Shown here piece after piece: positions 1 through 9,082 of a stretch of DNA of 64,000 nucleotides. The position numbers and the translations under genes are program-made. This stretch comes from an uncultured delta proteobacterium (GTDB lineage: Bacteria > Desulfobacterota > Binatia > JACPRU01): the NCBI GenBank assembly GCA_963745025.1, contig CAVUWD010000016.1, positions 256,001 to 320,000 of the forward strand. Direction: 5' to 3'. The notes under the pieces are model-generated. The model saw nothing but the letters and a program-made list of their open reading frames with translations, was not told the DNA's origin and searched no databases. The stretch's first letter is position 1, and every line of letters begins with the position of its first letter.

Positions 1-1270
1 TCGCTTCGGCGGCCGCCGCCACGGACTGCGGCGCGAGTCGTCCGGCGTCGGCGGCGAGCGCGTCCGCGCGCAGCTCGACGAGCGCGGTGAGGCCGCGCGC
101 CAGCCGGTCGCGCTCGCGGCCCTCCACAGACTCGTGCGCGGCGCGAGCGAACGCCTCCACCGCGGCGCGCAGCGATGGAAGCGCCGGCTTCGGCCGATGG
201 TCGGCGATCGCCGCATCCCCCTGTGAGAGCAGCTCATCGCCCTCCGCGAGCGAGCGCGCGGCGAACTGCTCCGCGCCGCGCTCCACGGCACGGGCCCGCT
301 CCGACTGCGCTAGATCTCGCGCCTGGGCGGCCTCCGTGACGATGCGTTCCGAATCCTCCTCCAGGATGCGGCGCATCACCGGGCGCATCTCACCCACGCT
401 CGGGAAGCGGCGGTCGCGGTCGACGGCTACGCAGCGCTGGATCAACTGCCGGAAGCGCTCCGGCGTGCCTTCGGGAAAGGGGATCTCGAGGTCCTTCAGG
501 TCGCGCTGAACCATGCGCATGAGCACGGTGTGTTCAGTCATGCCTGCAAACATGTGGTGGCCGGCATACATTTCGTAGACCACCATGCCGAGCGAATAGA
601 TGTCGGCGCGCGGATCGATGTCCTTGCCACGGCGGATCTGCTCCGGCGAGGCGTATTTAACGGTGCCGATCACCTCGGTGAGCGAGTGGCCGCTATCCTG
701 GTCGGACAGTACCTTGGCGATGCCGAAGTCCATGATCAGGACTTTCAGCCGGCGCTCGCCGCTCTCGTTCTCGACGCGTACCATGATGTTGCCGGGCTTG
801 ATGTCGCGGTGCACCATCGGCTGCGGCCGGCGGGTCTCGGGGTTGACGAAGCGGTGGGCGATCTCCAAGCCCCGCACCAGCTCGAGGCCGATCTCCATGA
901 CCTCCGAGAGTGGCAGTCCGCGCCCGTGCTCGGCGACGTAGCTGGCGAGGTATTCTTTGAGGGTCTGCCCTTCGATGAAGGGCATGACGAGGTAGGGGAA
1001 CTCGCCTTCCTCGCTGTAGGAGAGCACGGGTACGATGTTCTCGTGCTCGAGCATGCACATCTTCTCCGCTTCCTGCCGGAAGCGCCTGGCCACCACGGCG
1101 TCGCTCGCGAACTGCGGAAGAACGGTCTTCAAGGCGCGGATGCGGCTCACGGCACCGACCTGTTCCCGCACCTTGTAGACGACGCCCATGCCGCCGAAGC
1201 CGATGATCTCGACGACCTCGAATTTCCCCCCGACGTTGGCGCCGGGCGAAAGAATGGTGGCGACGGCCAT
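1..1270 (-). CDS. Ser/Thr protein kinase (Hanks type) with Ala-rich helical C-terminus; runs off the window start
   Basis: Manual translation from ATG at 1270: MAVATILSPGANVGGKFEVVEIIGFGGMGVVYK..ALK..HRDIKPGN..DFGIAK..GTVKYASPE..DIYSLG; no stop seen before position 1. Confidence 0.92.
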   Translation of the reverse strand, partial: MAVATILSPGANVGGKFEVVEIIGFGGMGVVYKVREQVGAVSRIRALKTVLPQFASDAVVARRFRQEAEKMCMLEHENIVPVLSYSEEGEFPYLVMPFIEGQTLKEYLASYVAEHGRGLPLSEVMEIGLELVRGLEIAHRFVNPETRRPQPMVHRDIKPGNIMVRVENESGERRLKVLIMDFGIAKVLSDQDSGHSLTEVIGTVKYASPEQIRRGKDIDPRADIYSLGMVVYEMYAGHHMFAGMTEHTVLMRMVQRDLKDLEIPFPEGTPERFRQLIQRCVAVDRDRRFPSVGEMRPVMRRILEEDSERIVTEAAQARDLAQSERARAVERGAEQFAARSLAEGDELLSQGDAAIADHRPKPALPSLRAAVEAFARAAHESVEGRERDRLARGLTALVELRADALAADAGRLAPQSVAAAAEA

Positions 1271-1272
1271 CC

Positions 1273-2013
1273 CTAATCCGGTGCGCAGCGCACCGCGATC
1301 GCCGTGGCGTTATCCTTGCCGCCTGCTCGATTGGCCGCCGCGATCAGCTCCCGGCACGCCGCTTCGGGATCGTCACGGTCGGCGACCAGGATCCCTTTGA
1401 TCTCGCTCTCGGCCAGCATCCCCGAAACGCCGTCGCTGCAGAGCAGGTAGAGGTCGCCGGGCCGGACGTCGAGCTGCTGGACGTCCGGCGACACGTCTCC
1501 GGCCGCGCCCAGGGCCCGCGTCAGCACGTGCCGGTACGGATGCACGCTCGCCTCGGTCTCGGAGATGTCGTGGTTGCGAAGCAGATCCGAGACCACGGTG
1601 TGATCGGTGGTCAGCAACTCGAGCCGGTCGTCGCGCAAGCGGTAGGCACGGCTATCGCCGACGTGCACCACGGTTCCCCGCCCGGCTCCGTCGAACAGCA
1701 GCGCGACGAGCGTGGTTCCCATGCGGCTGAGATCGCTGTCCTGCGAGGCTCGTGCGACGATGCGGCGGTTAGCGTCGCGCACGGCATCGACCAGACGAGA
1801 GACTGCTTCGGCCGGGTCGGCAATGTCTCGCGACGGCATGCAGCGTTCCTCGACCGTCGCCACGGCCATCTCGCTCGCCTGCTTGCCACCCTTGTGCCCG
1901 CCCATGCCGTCGGCGACCACGAAGAGGTTGCGCGTCGGGAAATAGCCGCTGCTGTCCTGGTTTTCCTGGCGGACTAGCCCGATGTCGGAAAGCGCGAAGC
2001 TCTCGATCTTCAT
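1273..2013 (-). CDS. PP2C-family (Stp1/PrpC) Ser/Thr phosphatase
   Basis: MKIESFALSDIGLVRQENQD, VADGMGGH, GTT, HVGDSRAY, LCSDG, GGKDN; ATG overlaps the upstream stop (ATGA). Confidence 0.95.
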   Translation of the reverse strand: MKIESFALSDIGLVRQENQDSSGYFPTRNLFVVADGMGGHKGGKQASEMAVATVEERCMPSRDIADPAEAVSRLVDAVRDANRRIVARASQDSDLSRMGTTLVALLFDGAGRGTVVHVGDSRAYRLRDDRLELLTTDHTVVSDLLRNHDISETEASVHPYRHVLTRALGAAGDVSPDVQQLDVRPGDLYLLCSDGVSGMLAESEIKGILVADRDDPEAACRELIAAANRAGGKDNATAIAVRCAPD

Positions 2014-3194
2014 CTGTTGCGCCGGGCTCTCTCGCTCACGACCAACCCCAGTCCCATGACCACGAAAAAGATCTCCAGCACCTCGCTGTCGCCGAAATTG
2101 TACTCGACGAGGCCTGCCACGTGAAAGCCCACGAAGCTCGCCAGTATCGCAACGGCGAGGGCCTCGAGCGCCCTGTCTTCCGCAGGGACTCTGCAGTAGG
2201 CGCGCCAGGCGAGAATGGCAAACGTCGCCATCCACCACAGGAACATGCCGAGCCCAAGGTAGCCGTCCTCCAGCGTGATCTGCAGTAGGTTGTTATGCGC
2301 GTGCTTGTGATGCTGGGGGATGTTGGCGTAGTCGCGCAGGATCTCCCCGTTTTTCCGCCCTACTCCCATCGGGAAGCGTTTGACGATGTCGATCGCGGCG
2401 ACCCAGATGTCGTAACGGTTGCCCGGCAGGAAGAGGTCTCGCGCCGAGTTTGCGACCCTCGCGCGAACCGGCGGCACCGCCGCCACCGCGAGCGCGGTCA
2501 ACAGTCCAGCGACCAGCACGAGCCGCCGCGATGCCAGCAACCCGACCATCACGACCGCCGCGACGGCGCCCAGCCATACGCCACGCTTCAGATTGAGGGC
2601 CAGCGCCACCCCGTACAGAGCGAGAGCAAATCGCAGCGGCCGAACGGGAAAGACTCGGCGGAGGAGAAGAGGCAGCGCGAGGCCGACAGCGAAGAGTAGC
2701 TGTCCGGACTGTGTCATCTGCCCGAGGAAAAGCCGCGGCAGCGGAAACGGTGACAGCGCTCCGAGGACCGTGTAGGCGGAGGTCACAGCGATTCCGACGA
2801 GAAAGCAGAGGACGAGCGAGAGCGAGCGATCGACGGCGCGCGCGTACGCGTAGACCAGGTAGATGACGACGATCTGCAAGTACGTACGCAGCCCATACAG
2901 GCTTTCCAGCGGATCGAGCCCGAGGAACGCGGCCAACAGCGAGGAAAGCGCGAAGCACGCGATCGGCAGATCGAGCGGTGTCCGCACACGCGGCCGCCCT
3001 CGTGTCCACCAATCGATGGCCGCCGCGGTCGCGGTGAAAACCAACAGCAGCTGCGAGACGAAGATCGAGAAGGGGATGGACAGCGCAAACGCGCGCAGCA
3101 GCCACCAGGTCACGGCGTCGAGGTTGTTTCGTAGCCACGAAAGTCGGCGTGCCGCCGGAGCGGCGGGCAGGGCGGATGCGGGCTTGCTCACCAT
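2010..3194 (-). CDS. O-antigen ligase / Wzy_C family membrane protein
   Basis: Multi-TM; LNLKRGVWLG, RYDIW..PMGVG, HAHNNLLQ..EDGYLGL motifs. Confidence 0.85.
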   Translation of the reverse strand: MVSKPASALPAAPAARRLSWLRNNLDAVTWWLLRAFALSIPFSIFVSQLLLVFTATAAAIDWWTRGRPRVRTPLDLPIACFALSSLLAAFLGLDPLESLYGLRTYLQIVVIYLVYAYARAVDRSLSLVLCFLVGIAVTSAYTVLGALSPFPLPRLFLGQMTQSGQLLFAVGLALPLLLRRVFPVRPLRFALALYGVALALNLKRGVWLGAVAAVVMVGLLASRRLVLVAGLLTALAVAAVPPVRARVANSARDLFLPGNRYDIWVAAIDIVKRFPMGVGRKNGEILRDYANIPQHHKHAHNNLLQITLEDGYLGLGMFLWWMATFAILAWRAYCRVPAEDRALEALAVAILASFVGFHVAGLVEYNFGDSEVLEIFFVVMGLGLVVSERARRNR

Positions 3195-4879
3195 CCGGCT
3201 GCCGCGCCCCCCTTGCGCGGGTCGGCGATGCCGACCAGGCTCCCGCCGCTCACCCACACGGCCTGCACGGCGCCGAGATCGCGGGCCTCGACGAGCTCGT
3301 GGCCGAGCTTTCGCAGCCCGGCGACGATCGCCGGATCGAGGGCGGGCTCGAAGAACAAGCGCGGCGGAATCGCCTGGTCGTGAATGCGCGGGGTGGCCAC
3401 GGCGCGCTCGAGATCCATACCGAAGTCGACCATGTTCACGATCGTCAGCAGCGTGGACGTGATGATGCGCGGGCCCCCGGAGGCGCCGATGGCGAGGAGG
3501 GGAGCACGGTTACGCAGCACCAGTGTGGGGCTCATGCTCGACAGCGGTCGCTTGCCGGCGTGGATCGCGTTCGCGTTGCTACCGACGAGGCCGTAGACGT
3601 TCGGCGCGCCGGGCGCGGAGGAGAAGTCGTCCATCTCGTTGTTGAGGATGATCCCCGTACCGGGCACCAAGACCATCGATCCGAAGGCGGTGTTCACGGT
3701 CGAGGTAACCGCCGCCGCATTGCCGCGGACGTCGATCGCCGAGGTATGCGCGGTGCCTCCCTTTTCGGCGGGCGCCGCAGCCGGAACGGGGGGCGGAGAG
3801 GCGGTCCGCCGCCGCAGCTCCTCGGTGTGCGCGGGGGAGAGTAAACGCGCCATCGGTACATCGACGAAGTCCGGGTCGCCGTACGATTCGGCGCGATCGC
3901 GGAACGCGAGCGATTCGGCCTGAGCGACGCGGTGGAGGGCGAAGGCGCTGCGCGGTCCTTCGCTGCGCAGATCGTAGCCGTCGAGCACGTTCAGGATCTC
4001 GAGCACGACGCCGCCGGAGCTCGGCGGCGAGGCGCCGATCACCGTCAGGCCGTGATAGTACGTGGTAAGCGGCTCACGCAGCCGTTCGCGGTAGCCGCGC
4101 AAGTCCGCAGCGGTGAGGATTCCCCTCTCGGCCGCGATGGCCTCGGCGATCGCCTCGCCGATCGGGCCTTCGTAGAAGGCGCGGACACCCTCGGCGGCGA
4201 CGGCGCGCAGCGTCGCCGCGAGATCCCGTTGCACGAGGAACTCGCCTGCGGCGTAGGGCTCCCCGCTCGGCTTTAAGTATACCGCCGCGAGCGCAGGGTG
4301 GCGACGGATCTCCTCGGCGTTGCTGCCGAGCTCCGCCGCCAGGTGGCTACCGACCGGGAACCCTTCCGCGGCAAAGCGGATAGCGGGCGCCAGCACGGTA
4401 GCCAGCGGCAGGGTCCCGAAGTCTCGCAGCACGCGGGCGAGTCCCTTGACCTCGCCGGGGACGGCGATCGCAAGCGCGCCGCGCAGCGAAAGGCGGGGAT
4501 CTGGGTGGCCATCTCGTACGTACATGTTCGGCGTGGCTGCCGCCGGCGCCGTCTCGCGAAAGTCGATGAAGTGAGCCTCGTGGGTCTTGCCGTCGTAGAC
4601 CAGGGCGAAGCCGCCACCGCCGATCCCGCAGGAGGACGGGTTGGCGACGCCGGTGGCGAATGCCGCCGCGACGGCGGCGTCGATGGCATTGCCCCCGTGT
4701 TCGAGCATCTCGACTCCCGCCTTGGCCGCGAGCTCGTGCTCCGCGGCCACCATGCCGCGCGAGGCGGTTGCGGCCGCAAGCGGCCGCACGACTGCGCCGA
4801 TTAGCAGAAGCGCAAGCAGGAGCTGTCGGGGAAGAAGCCGCAAGCGGGCCCGTCTCGTGAGGCAGAGCGAAGCGATCAT
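3188..4879 (-). CDS. ggt: gamma-glutamyltransferase
   Basis: GGNAIDAAVA, IDFRETAP, AVPGEV, nucleophile TAHTS, NNEMDDF, KRPLSSMSP, GASGG, DPRKGG. Confidence 0.95.
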   Translation of the reverse strand: MIASLCLTRRARLRLLPRQLLLALLLIGAVVRPLAAATASRGMVAAEHELAAKAGVEMLEHGGNAIDAAVAAAFATGVANPSSCGIGGGGFALVYDGKTHEAHFIDFRETAPAAATPNMYVRDGHPDPRLSLRGALAIAVPGEVKGLARVLRDFGTLPLATVLAPAIRFAAEGFPVGSHLAAELGSNAEEIRRHPALAAVYLKPSGEPYAAGEFLVQRDLAATLRAVAAEGVRAFYEGPIGEAIAEAIAAERGILTAADLRGYRERLREPLTTYYHGLTVIGASPPSSGGVVLEILNVLDGYDLRSEGPRSAFALHRVAQAESLAFRDRAESYGDPDFVDVPMARLLSPAHTEELRRRTASPPPVPAAAPAEKGGTAHTSAIDVRGNAAAVTSTVNTAFGSMVLVPGTGIILNNEMDDFSSAPGAPNVYGLVGSNANAIHAGKRPLSSMSPTLVLRNRAPLLAIGASGGPRIITSTLLTIVNMVDFGMDLERAVATPRIHDQAIPPRLFFEPALDPAIVAGLRKLGHELVEARDLGAVQAVWVSGGSLVGIADPRKGGAAAGW

Positions 4880-4938
4880 CGGGGGTTCTACGGGGCGGTG
4901 ATGGTCATTTCAACCGTGATGATTTATGTACGCCCGAA

Positions 4939-6132
4939 ATGCCCACCGAAGCTCGCAACGGGCTTTCCATCCGGGAAGAGGAATTCCTGGAAAAGAGCTT
5001 CTACCTCGACGAGTTCCACGAGAAGACATTACTGCTCGCCATCGCCCCGGGTACGGTCGACGAAGCCCTGCTCGGAGGCTTCATCGCCACGGTCCGCGAG
5101 CTGATCCGCGAGGAGGTACGCCTGGTCCTGGTGGTCGGCGATGCCGAGACGGCGCGGCGGCTCGAGACGCGGTTTCGCCGCCTTGCGGCGGCGAGCCTCT
5201 TGGAGCCGCTGTTTGCGGATGCCAACGAGGGTCGACGACCGACGATCGTCGTCGAGTCTCGTGCTCCCGAGCCGGACCTGGCCTCGCTGATGCGGTTGTG
5301 GAGCTTACTGCGAGGTGGGCCGATCGCGGTCGTGTGGGTGCCCCATGCTCCGTGGATGTCGCTCGCGGGATACGCCGTGAAACTCGCCGCGCGGTTGAAG
5401 GTGCACAAGCTCGTCCTCATGGATCCCGAGGGCGGTGTGGGCTCGGACGGCGCACTGTCGTTCCTCGACGAGAGCGTGCTCGCCACCTTGCTGGGGGCGG
5501 GACAAGCGGAATGGATCGGCCTCGGTCACCGCCGAGCGCTGATCCAGGTGATCCGCGAAGGATTGCTCGAGGGTATTCCCTCGATCAATCTTTGCACGCT
5601 GAGCGGGCTGGCTCGCGAGCTCTTCACCTACGAGGGCTCGGGGACGTTGTTCACGCTCGAGGATTACTGCCGCGTCGAACGGCTCGGCATTGACGACTTC
5701 CGCGAGGTCGAGCGGCTGCTCGAGCGCGGGCGACGCGAGGGATTCTTGAAGATCCGTAGCCCCGAGGAAATCGGCGAGATCCTGTTCACCGGCTATGGCG
5801 CCACGATCGCGTCCGGTCATCTCGCGGGGGTGGGATCGCTCCTTTGTGAGCGCTACCAGGCCGAGCACTCGGGCGAGATCGTAGCCCTCTATACCGTCAG
5901 TCGGTTCAAGGGCGAGGGAGTCGGCGCCAAGCTGCTCGCCCGCATCCTCGCCGAAGCGCGCAGCCGGCAGCTGCAAAGCGTGTTCGCCTGTACGACGGAA
6001 GAGCGCGCGGCGCAGTTCTTCCTTCGCCACGGCTTCCGCCAAGTCATGCCGGCCGAGGTCCCCGCCGCCAAGTGGATCGGCTACGACGTGGAACGCATGC
6101 GGCATCTCACCGTCTTGCGGCTCGATTTGTGA
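4939..6132 (+). CDS. ArgA-like N-acetylglutamate synthase (degenerate amino-acid-kinase domain + GNAT)
   Basis: LARELFTYEGSGTL linker typical of ArgA; C-terminal GNAT with KGEGVG and FFLRHGF. Confidence 0.7.
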   Translation: MPTEARNGLSIREEEFLEKSFYLDEFHEKTLLLAIAPGTVDEALLGGFIATVRELIREEVRLVLVVGDAETARRLETRFRRLAAASLLEPLFADANEGRRPTIVVESRAPEPDLASLMRLWSLLRGGPIAVVWVPHAPWMSLAGYAVKLAARLKVHKLVLMDPEGGVGSDGALSFLDESVLATLLGAGQAEWIGLGHRRALIQVIREGLLEGIPSINLCTLSGLARELFTYEGSGTLFTLEDYCRVERLGIDDFREVERLLERGRREGFLKIRSPEEIGEILFTGYGATIASGHLAGVGSLLCERYQAEHSGEIVALYTVSRFKGEGVGAKLLARILAEARSRQLQSVFACTTEERAAQFFLRHGFRQVMPAEVPAAKWIGYDVERMRHLTVLRLDL

Positions 6133-6962
6133 AGACCCCGGTCGCATATTGTGGGCTCGACGTCGGGATCAGCACGACCGACGCGGTGGCTGGCTGGGCC
6201 GCCGAGCGCTCGGTGAGCCTGCCCACCGTTGGTGTCGAGCGGACGGCGCAAGCGGCGCTCGAGAGGCTGTTCGAACGGAGCGGCGCACCCGCAGGCGAGG
6301 TGGTGATCGCCGCGACGGGAGCCGGTTCTCACCGTTTGCCGGACCGCCTATGCGGATTCGAGCTCCGTCGCATTTCGGAGATCACGGCCATCGGCCGGGG
6401 GGGAATCCGTCTTGGCGGGGGCAGGCAAGCGCTCGTCGCGTCGCTGGGAACCGGCACGGCCCTGGTTTCGGTGCGCGACACGGAGATCCGTCATGTCATC
6501 CCCGGAAACGGGGTCGGCGGCGGCACGCTGCTCGGTCTTTGTCGGGCGCTGCTCGGCACGGACGATCTCGCGGAGCTCGGCGATCTCGCCCGCCGCGGTG
6601 ACCGGCTGCGTCTCGACATCACGATCGGCGAGGCCATCGGCGGGCCGCTCGGCGGGCTTCCGCAGCAGGGGACGGCGAGCAACTTCGCCAAGTATGCGTG
6701 CGGTGCGCGGCGTGAAGACGTGGCCTCAGCGCTCGTTAATCTCGTCACGGAGGCGGTCGCCTGGAGCGTGCTTCTCGGTCTTCAGGCTGCGGGCCACGTA
6801 CGGGCCGTGCTGACCGGCAAGCTCTTGCTCGTCGAGACCGTCCGCCAACGGATCGACGAGATCGGCTCCGAGCTCGGTGGCGTGTTCGTCGTGCCCGAGC
6901 GCGCCGACGTCGCCTCGGCGCTCGGAGCACTCTGGGCGATCGAGGAGGAGCGCGCCTCGTGA
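6129..6962 (+). CDS. Type II pantothenate kinase-like (ASKHA/Fumble) protein
   Basis: GLDVGISTT, ATGAG, SEITAIGRGG, SLGTGT, GVGGGTLLGL, ASNFAK, REDVA; GTG overlaps the upstream stop. Confidence 0.75.
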   Translation: MKTPVAYCGLDVGISTTDAVAGWAAERSVSLPTVGVERTAQAALERLFERSGAPAGEVVIAATGAGSHRLPDRLCGFELRRISEITAIGRGGIRLGGGRQALVASLGTGTALVSVRDTEIRHVIPGNGVGGGTLLGLCRALLGTDDLAELGDLARRGDRLRLDITIGEAIGGPLGGLPQQGTASNFAKYACGARREDVASALVNLVTEAVAWSVLLGLQAAGHVRAVLTGKLLLVETVRQRIDEIGSELGGVFVVPERADVASALGALWAIEEERAS

Positions 6963-7435
6963 TCCGCACGCTCTCCGTCTTGGGGCTGCTGGCAATCCTC
7001 CTTTGCACCTGTCAGCGCGGTCGCGACCGAGCCACCGAGGAGATCGTGGAGCGCGCGATTGCGGCCCAGGGACGCGAATCGAAGGTCGACATCGATCGCG
7101 AGCACGGATCGATCTCCGTGACGATCGGCGGCGCGACGAAGCCGGCCGGCTGGCCTTCGGTCGTGCCGATCTATCCAAACGCGAACCGTGCGAAGGTTGA
7201 CGAGGACCGAGGTAACGCGCAGCGCCTCTCGGTCGTCACCGAGGACACGCCCAGGGAACTGGAGCAATTTTATCGCGCGCAGCTGGCGAACGAGGGATGG
7301 CAGCTGGAGGCCACCATCGACCGTTCCTTGCGCGCGCGCCGCGGCAACGAACGCCTCGAGCTGCGTGTCTCGGCTCGCGACAAGGGAAAAGGAAGTCGCG
7401 CGGACATCGAATACACGCCGGCCACGCCTGGATGA
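6959..7435 (+). CDS. hypothetical exported/lipoprotein
   Basis: Hydrophobic N-terminus with Cys; PAGWPSVVPIYP and FYRAQLANEGW motifs; coupled to the upstream gene. Confidence 0.7.
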   Translation: MIRTLSVLGLLAILLCTCQRGRDRATEEIVERAIAAQGRESKVDIDREHGSISVTIGGATKPAGWPSVVPIYPNANRAKVDEDRGNAQRLSVVTEDTPRELEQFYRAQLANEGWQLEATIDRSLRARRGNERLELRVSARDKGKGSRADIEYTPATPG

Positions 7436-7461
7436 GTCGCGCTCAGGGAGGAAAGCGATCC

Positions 7462-7767
7462 ATGGCAGTATACCTGAAATCGGTGGCAGTGCTGGTGGTA
7501 GTGCTCGGCGTGCTGACCGGGTCGCAGTTCCTTCGGCGGGTGGTCCACGACGAGGAGTTTCAACGAGCCGCGTTGAGGAAGGAGCGCAACGCGGGAAACA
7601 TCCTCTTCGAATCCGAGTACCGTGTCGCCGAGGCCGGACACATCTTCCTCATCTATTCCGCAATGAGCTGCTTTTTAATCGCGCTGATCGGCGGCTCGCT
7701 CCTCTGGGGCGTCGGCGCGCTGCACTCGAAGGCTGACAAAGGCAGCCCGTCCGGATCCGCTCCGTAG
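7462..7767 (+). CDS. hypothetical two-TM membrane protein
   Basis: GGAGG RBS upstream; two hydrophobic segments. Confidence 0.6.
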   Translation: MAVYLKSVAVLVVVLGVLTGSQFLRRVVHDEEFQRAALRKERNAGNILFESEYRVAEAGHIFLIYSAMSCFLIALIGGSLLWGVGALHSKADKGSPSGSAP

Positions 7768-7774
7768 CGGAACG

Positions 7775-8329
7775 CTAGAGATCCGCGGGACGTCGCGCGC
7801 GCACCGTGACGTCGATCTTCAGCTCTTCGGCGATGCGGTCGAGATCCGCTTCGAGCGTGGCGAGCCCAATCGAGGAAGGCACACCCATCTCCACGCGCAT
7901 CGTATAGATCGGCGTGCCGCTCTCGGGTTCCGGCCGAGAAACCGTCTTCATTTCGCGGATCGTGATGTCACGCTCGGCGAGCAACCGACAGACACGAGCG
8001 ACGATGCCCGCTTTGTCCACACCAGTGGCGAGAAGCTCGTAGACGTCGCGGCGCGCGGTGTGGCCGTACGGCATCGGTGGCCCTTCGAGCGGGCGGAAGA
8101 ACACGGTCAGACGCCGCTCCCACTCGAGCCGCTTACAGGCGCTCGACAGGCGCCGCTCGAGGTCGTCGCCGCTTCCGGTGAACAGCAGGAGCACGGCGAA
8201 TTCTCCGCCGAGAATCGTCATGCTCGAATCTTCGAGGTTGCAGCCGTGCTCGAAAATGAGCTCGGCGAGGTCGGCGACGATTCCCGGGCGATCCTTGCCG
8301 ATCGCCGATAGGGCGTACCAGCGCTTCAT
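7775..8329 (-). CDS. GcvR-like tandem ACT-domain protein
   Basis: SAIGKDRPGIV..GCNLEDSSM and GVDKAGIV..DITI ACT repeats. Confidence 0.88.
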   Translation of the reverse strand: MKRWYALSAIGKDRPGIVADLAELIFEHGCNLEDSSMTILGGEFAVLLLFTGSGDDLERRLSSACKRLEWERRLTVFFRPLEGPPMPYGHTARRDVYELLATGVDKAGIVARVCRLLAERDITIREMKTVSRPEPESGTPIYTMRVEMGVPSSIGLATLEADLDRIAEELKIDVTVRARRPADL

Positions 8330-8434
8330 GGGGGCGAGGAATAGGGCAATCGAGCGCGGGAGACAAGCAACGAACGGGCTCGCGAAGCCGCCGCCGATTG
8401 CCGGTTCCGGCGAATCCTTGTAGACGAGCGCGAC

Positions 8435-9082
8435 ATGATTCTTTCCGAGTTCGAGTCCAAGGAGTTGCTCCGCTCCTACGGAATCTTCACGGTGGAAGAG
8501 ATGCTGGCGCGCGATGCCGACGAAGCCGTGCGCCGTGCGAACGAGCTCGGCTATCCGGTGGCGGTCAAGCTCTGCGCGACCGGACTCGCCCACAAGACCG
8601 AGCGCGACCTCGTCCGCCTCGGGCTCGCACGGGATGATGAAGTTCGGGCCGCGGCCGCCGACGTGCTCGGCCGGCGCGAATCCCACGAGAGCGACGCGCA
8701 GCTTCTCGTGCAGCGGATGATAGGCGGACGGAGAGAGCTGATCCTCGGCTTGACCCGGGACCGGCAGTTTGGCCCGTGTGTGATGCTCGGCCTGGGCGGC
8801 ATCCTCGCCGAGGCGGTTCGTGACGTGGTGTTCCGGGTAGCGCCGCTCACTTCGGTCGACGCCTCGGAGATGATCGAGGAACTCAAGGCCGCTCCTCTCC
8901 TCGGCGCGTTTCGCGGTGAGCCGGAGGTCGACCGCGAAGCGCTCGCTCGCGCGCTCGTCGCGCTCGGCGTGATCGGCCTCGAGCACCCCGAGATCACCTC
9001 GATCGACGTCAATCCGATGATCCTGGCCGGACGACGACCCATTGCCGTCGATGCGCTGATCGAGCGGACCTCGGTGCGATGA
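8435..9082 (+). CDS. ADP-forming acyl-CoA synthetase, ATP-grasp subunit
   Basis: LSEFESKELL, GYPVAVK, HKTE, ELILG..DRQFGP, DVNP. Confidence 0.9.
   Translation: MILSEFESKELLRSYGIFTVEEMLARDADEAVRRANELGYPVAVKLCATGLAHKTERDLVRLGLARDDEVRAAAADVLGRRESHESDAQLLVQRMIGGRRELILGLTRDRQFGPCVMLGLGGILAEAVRDVVFRVAPLTSVDASEMIEELKAAPLLGAFRGEPEVDREALARALVALGVIGLEHPEITSIDVNPMILAGRRPIAVDALIERTSVR

Noticed and set aside
530-1276. 248-aa plus-strand ORF
   Set aside because: Antisense of the Ser/Thr kinase, which the track missed because it runs off the window.
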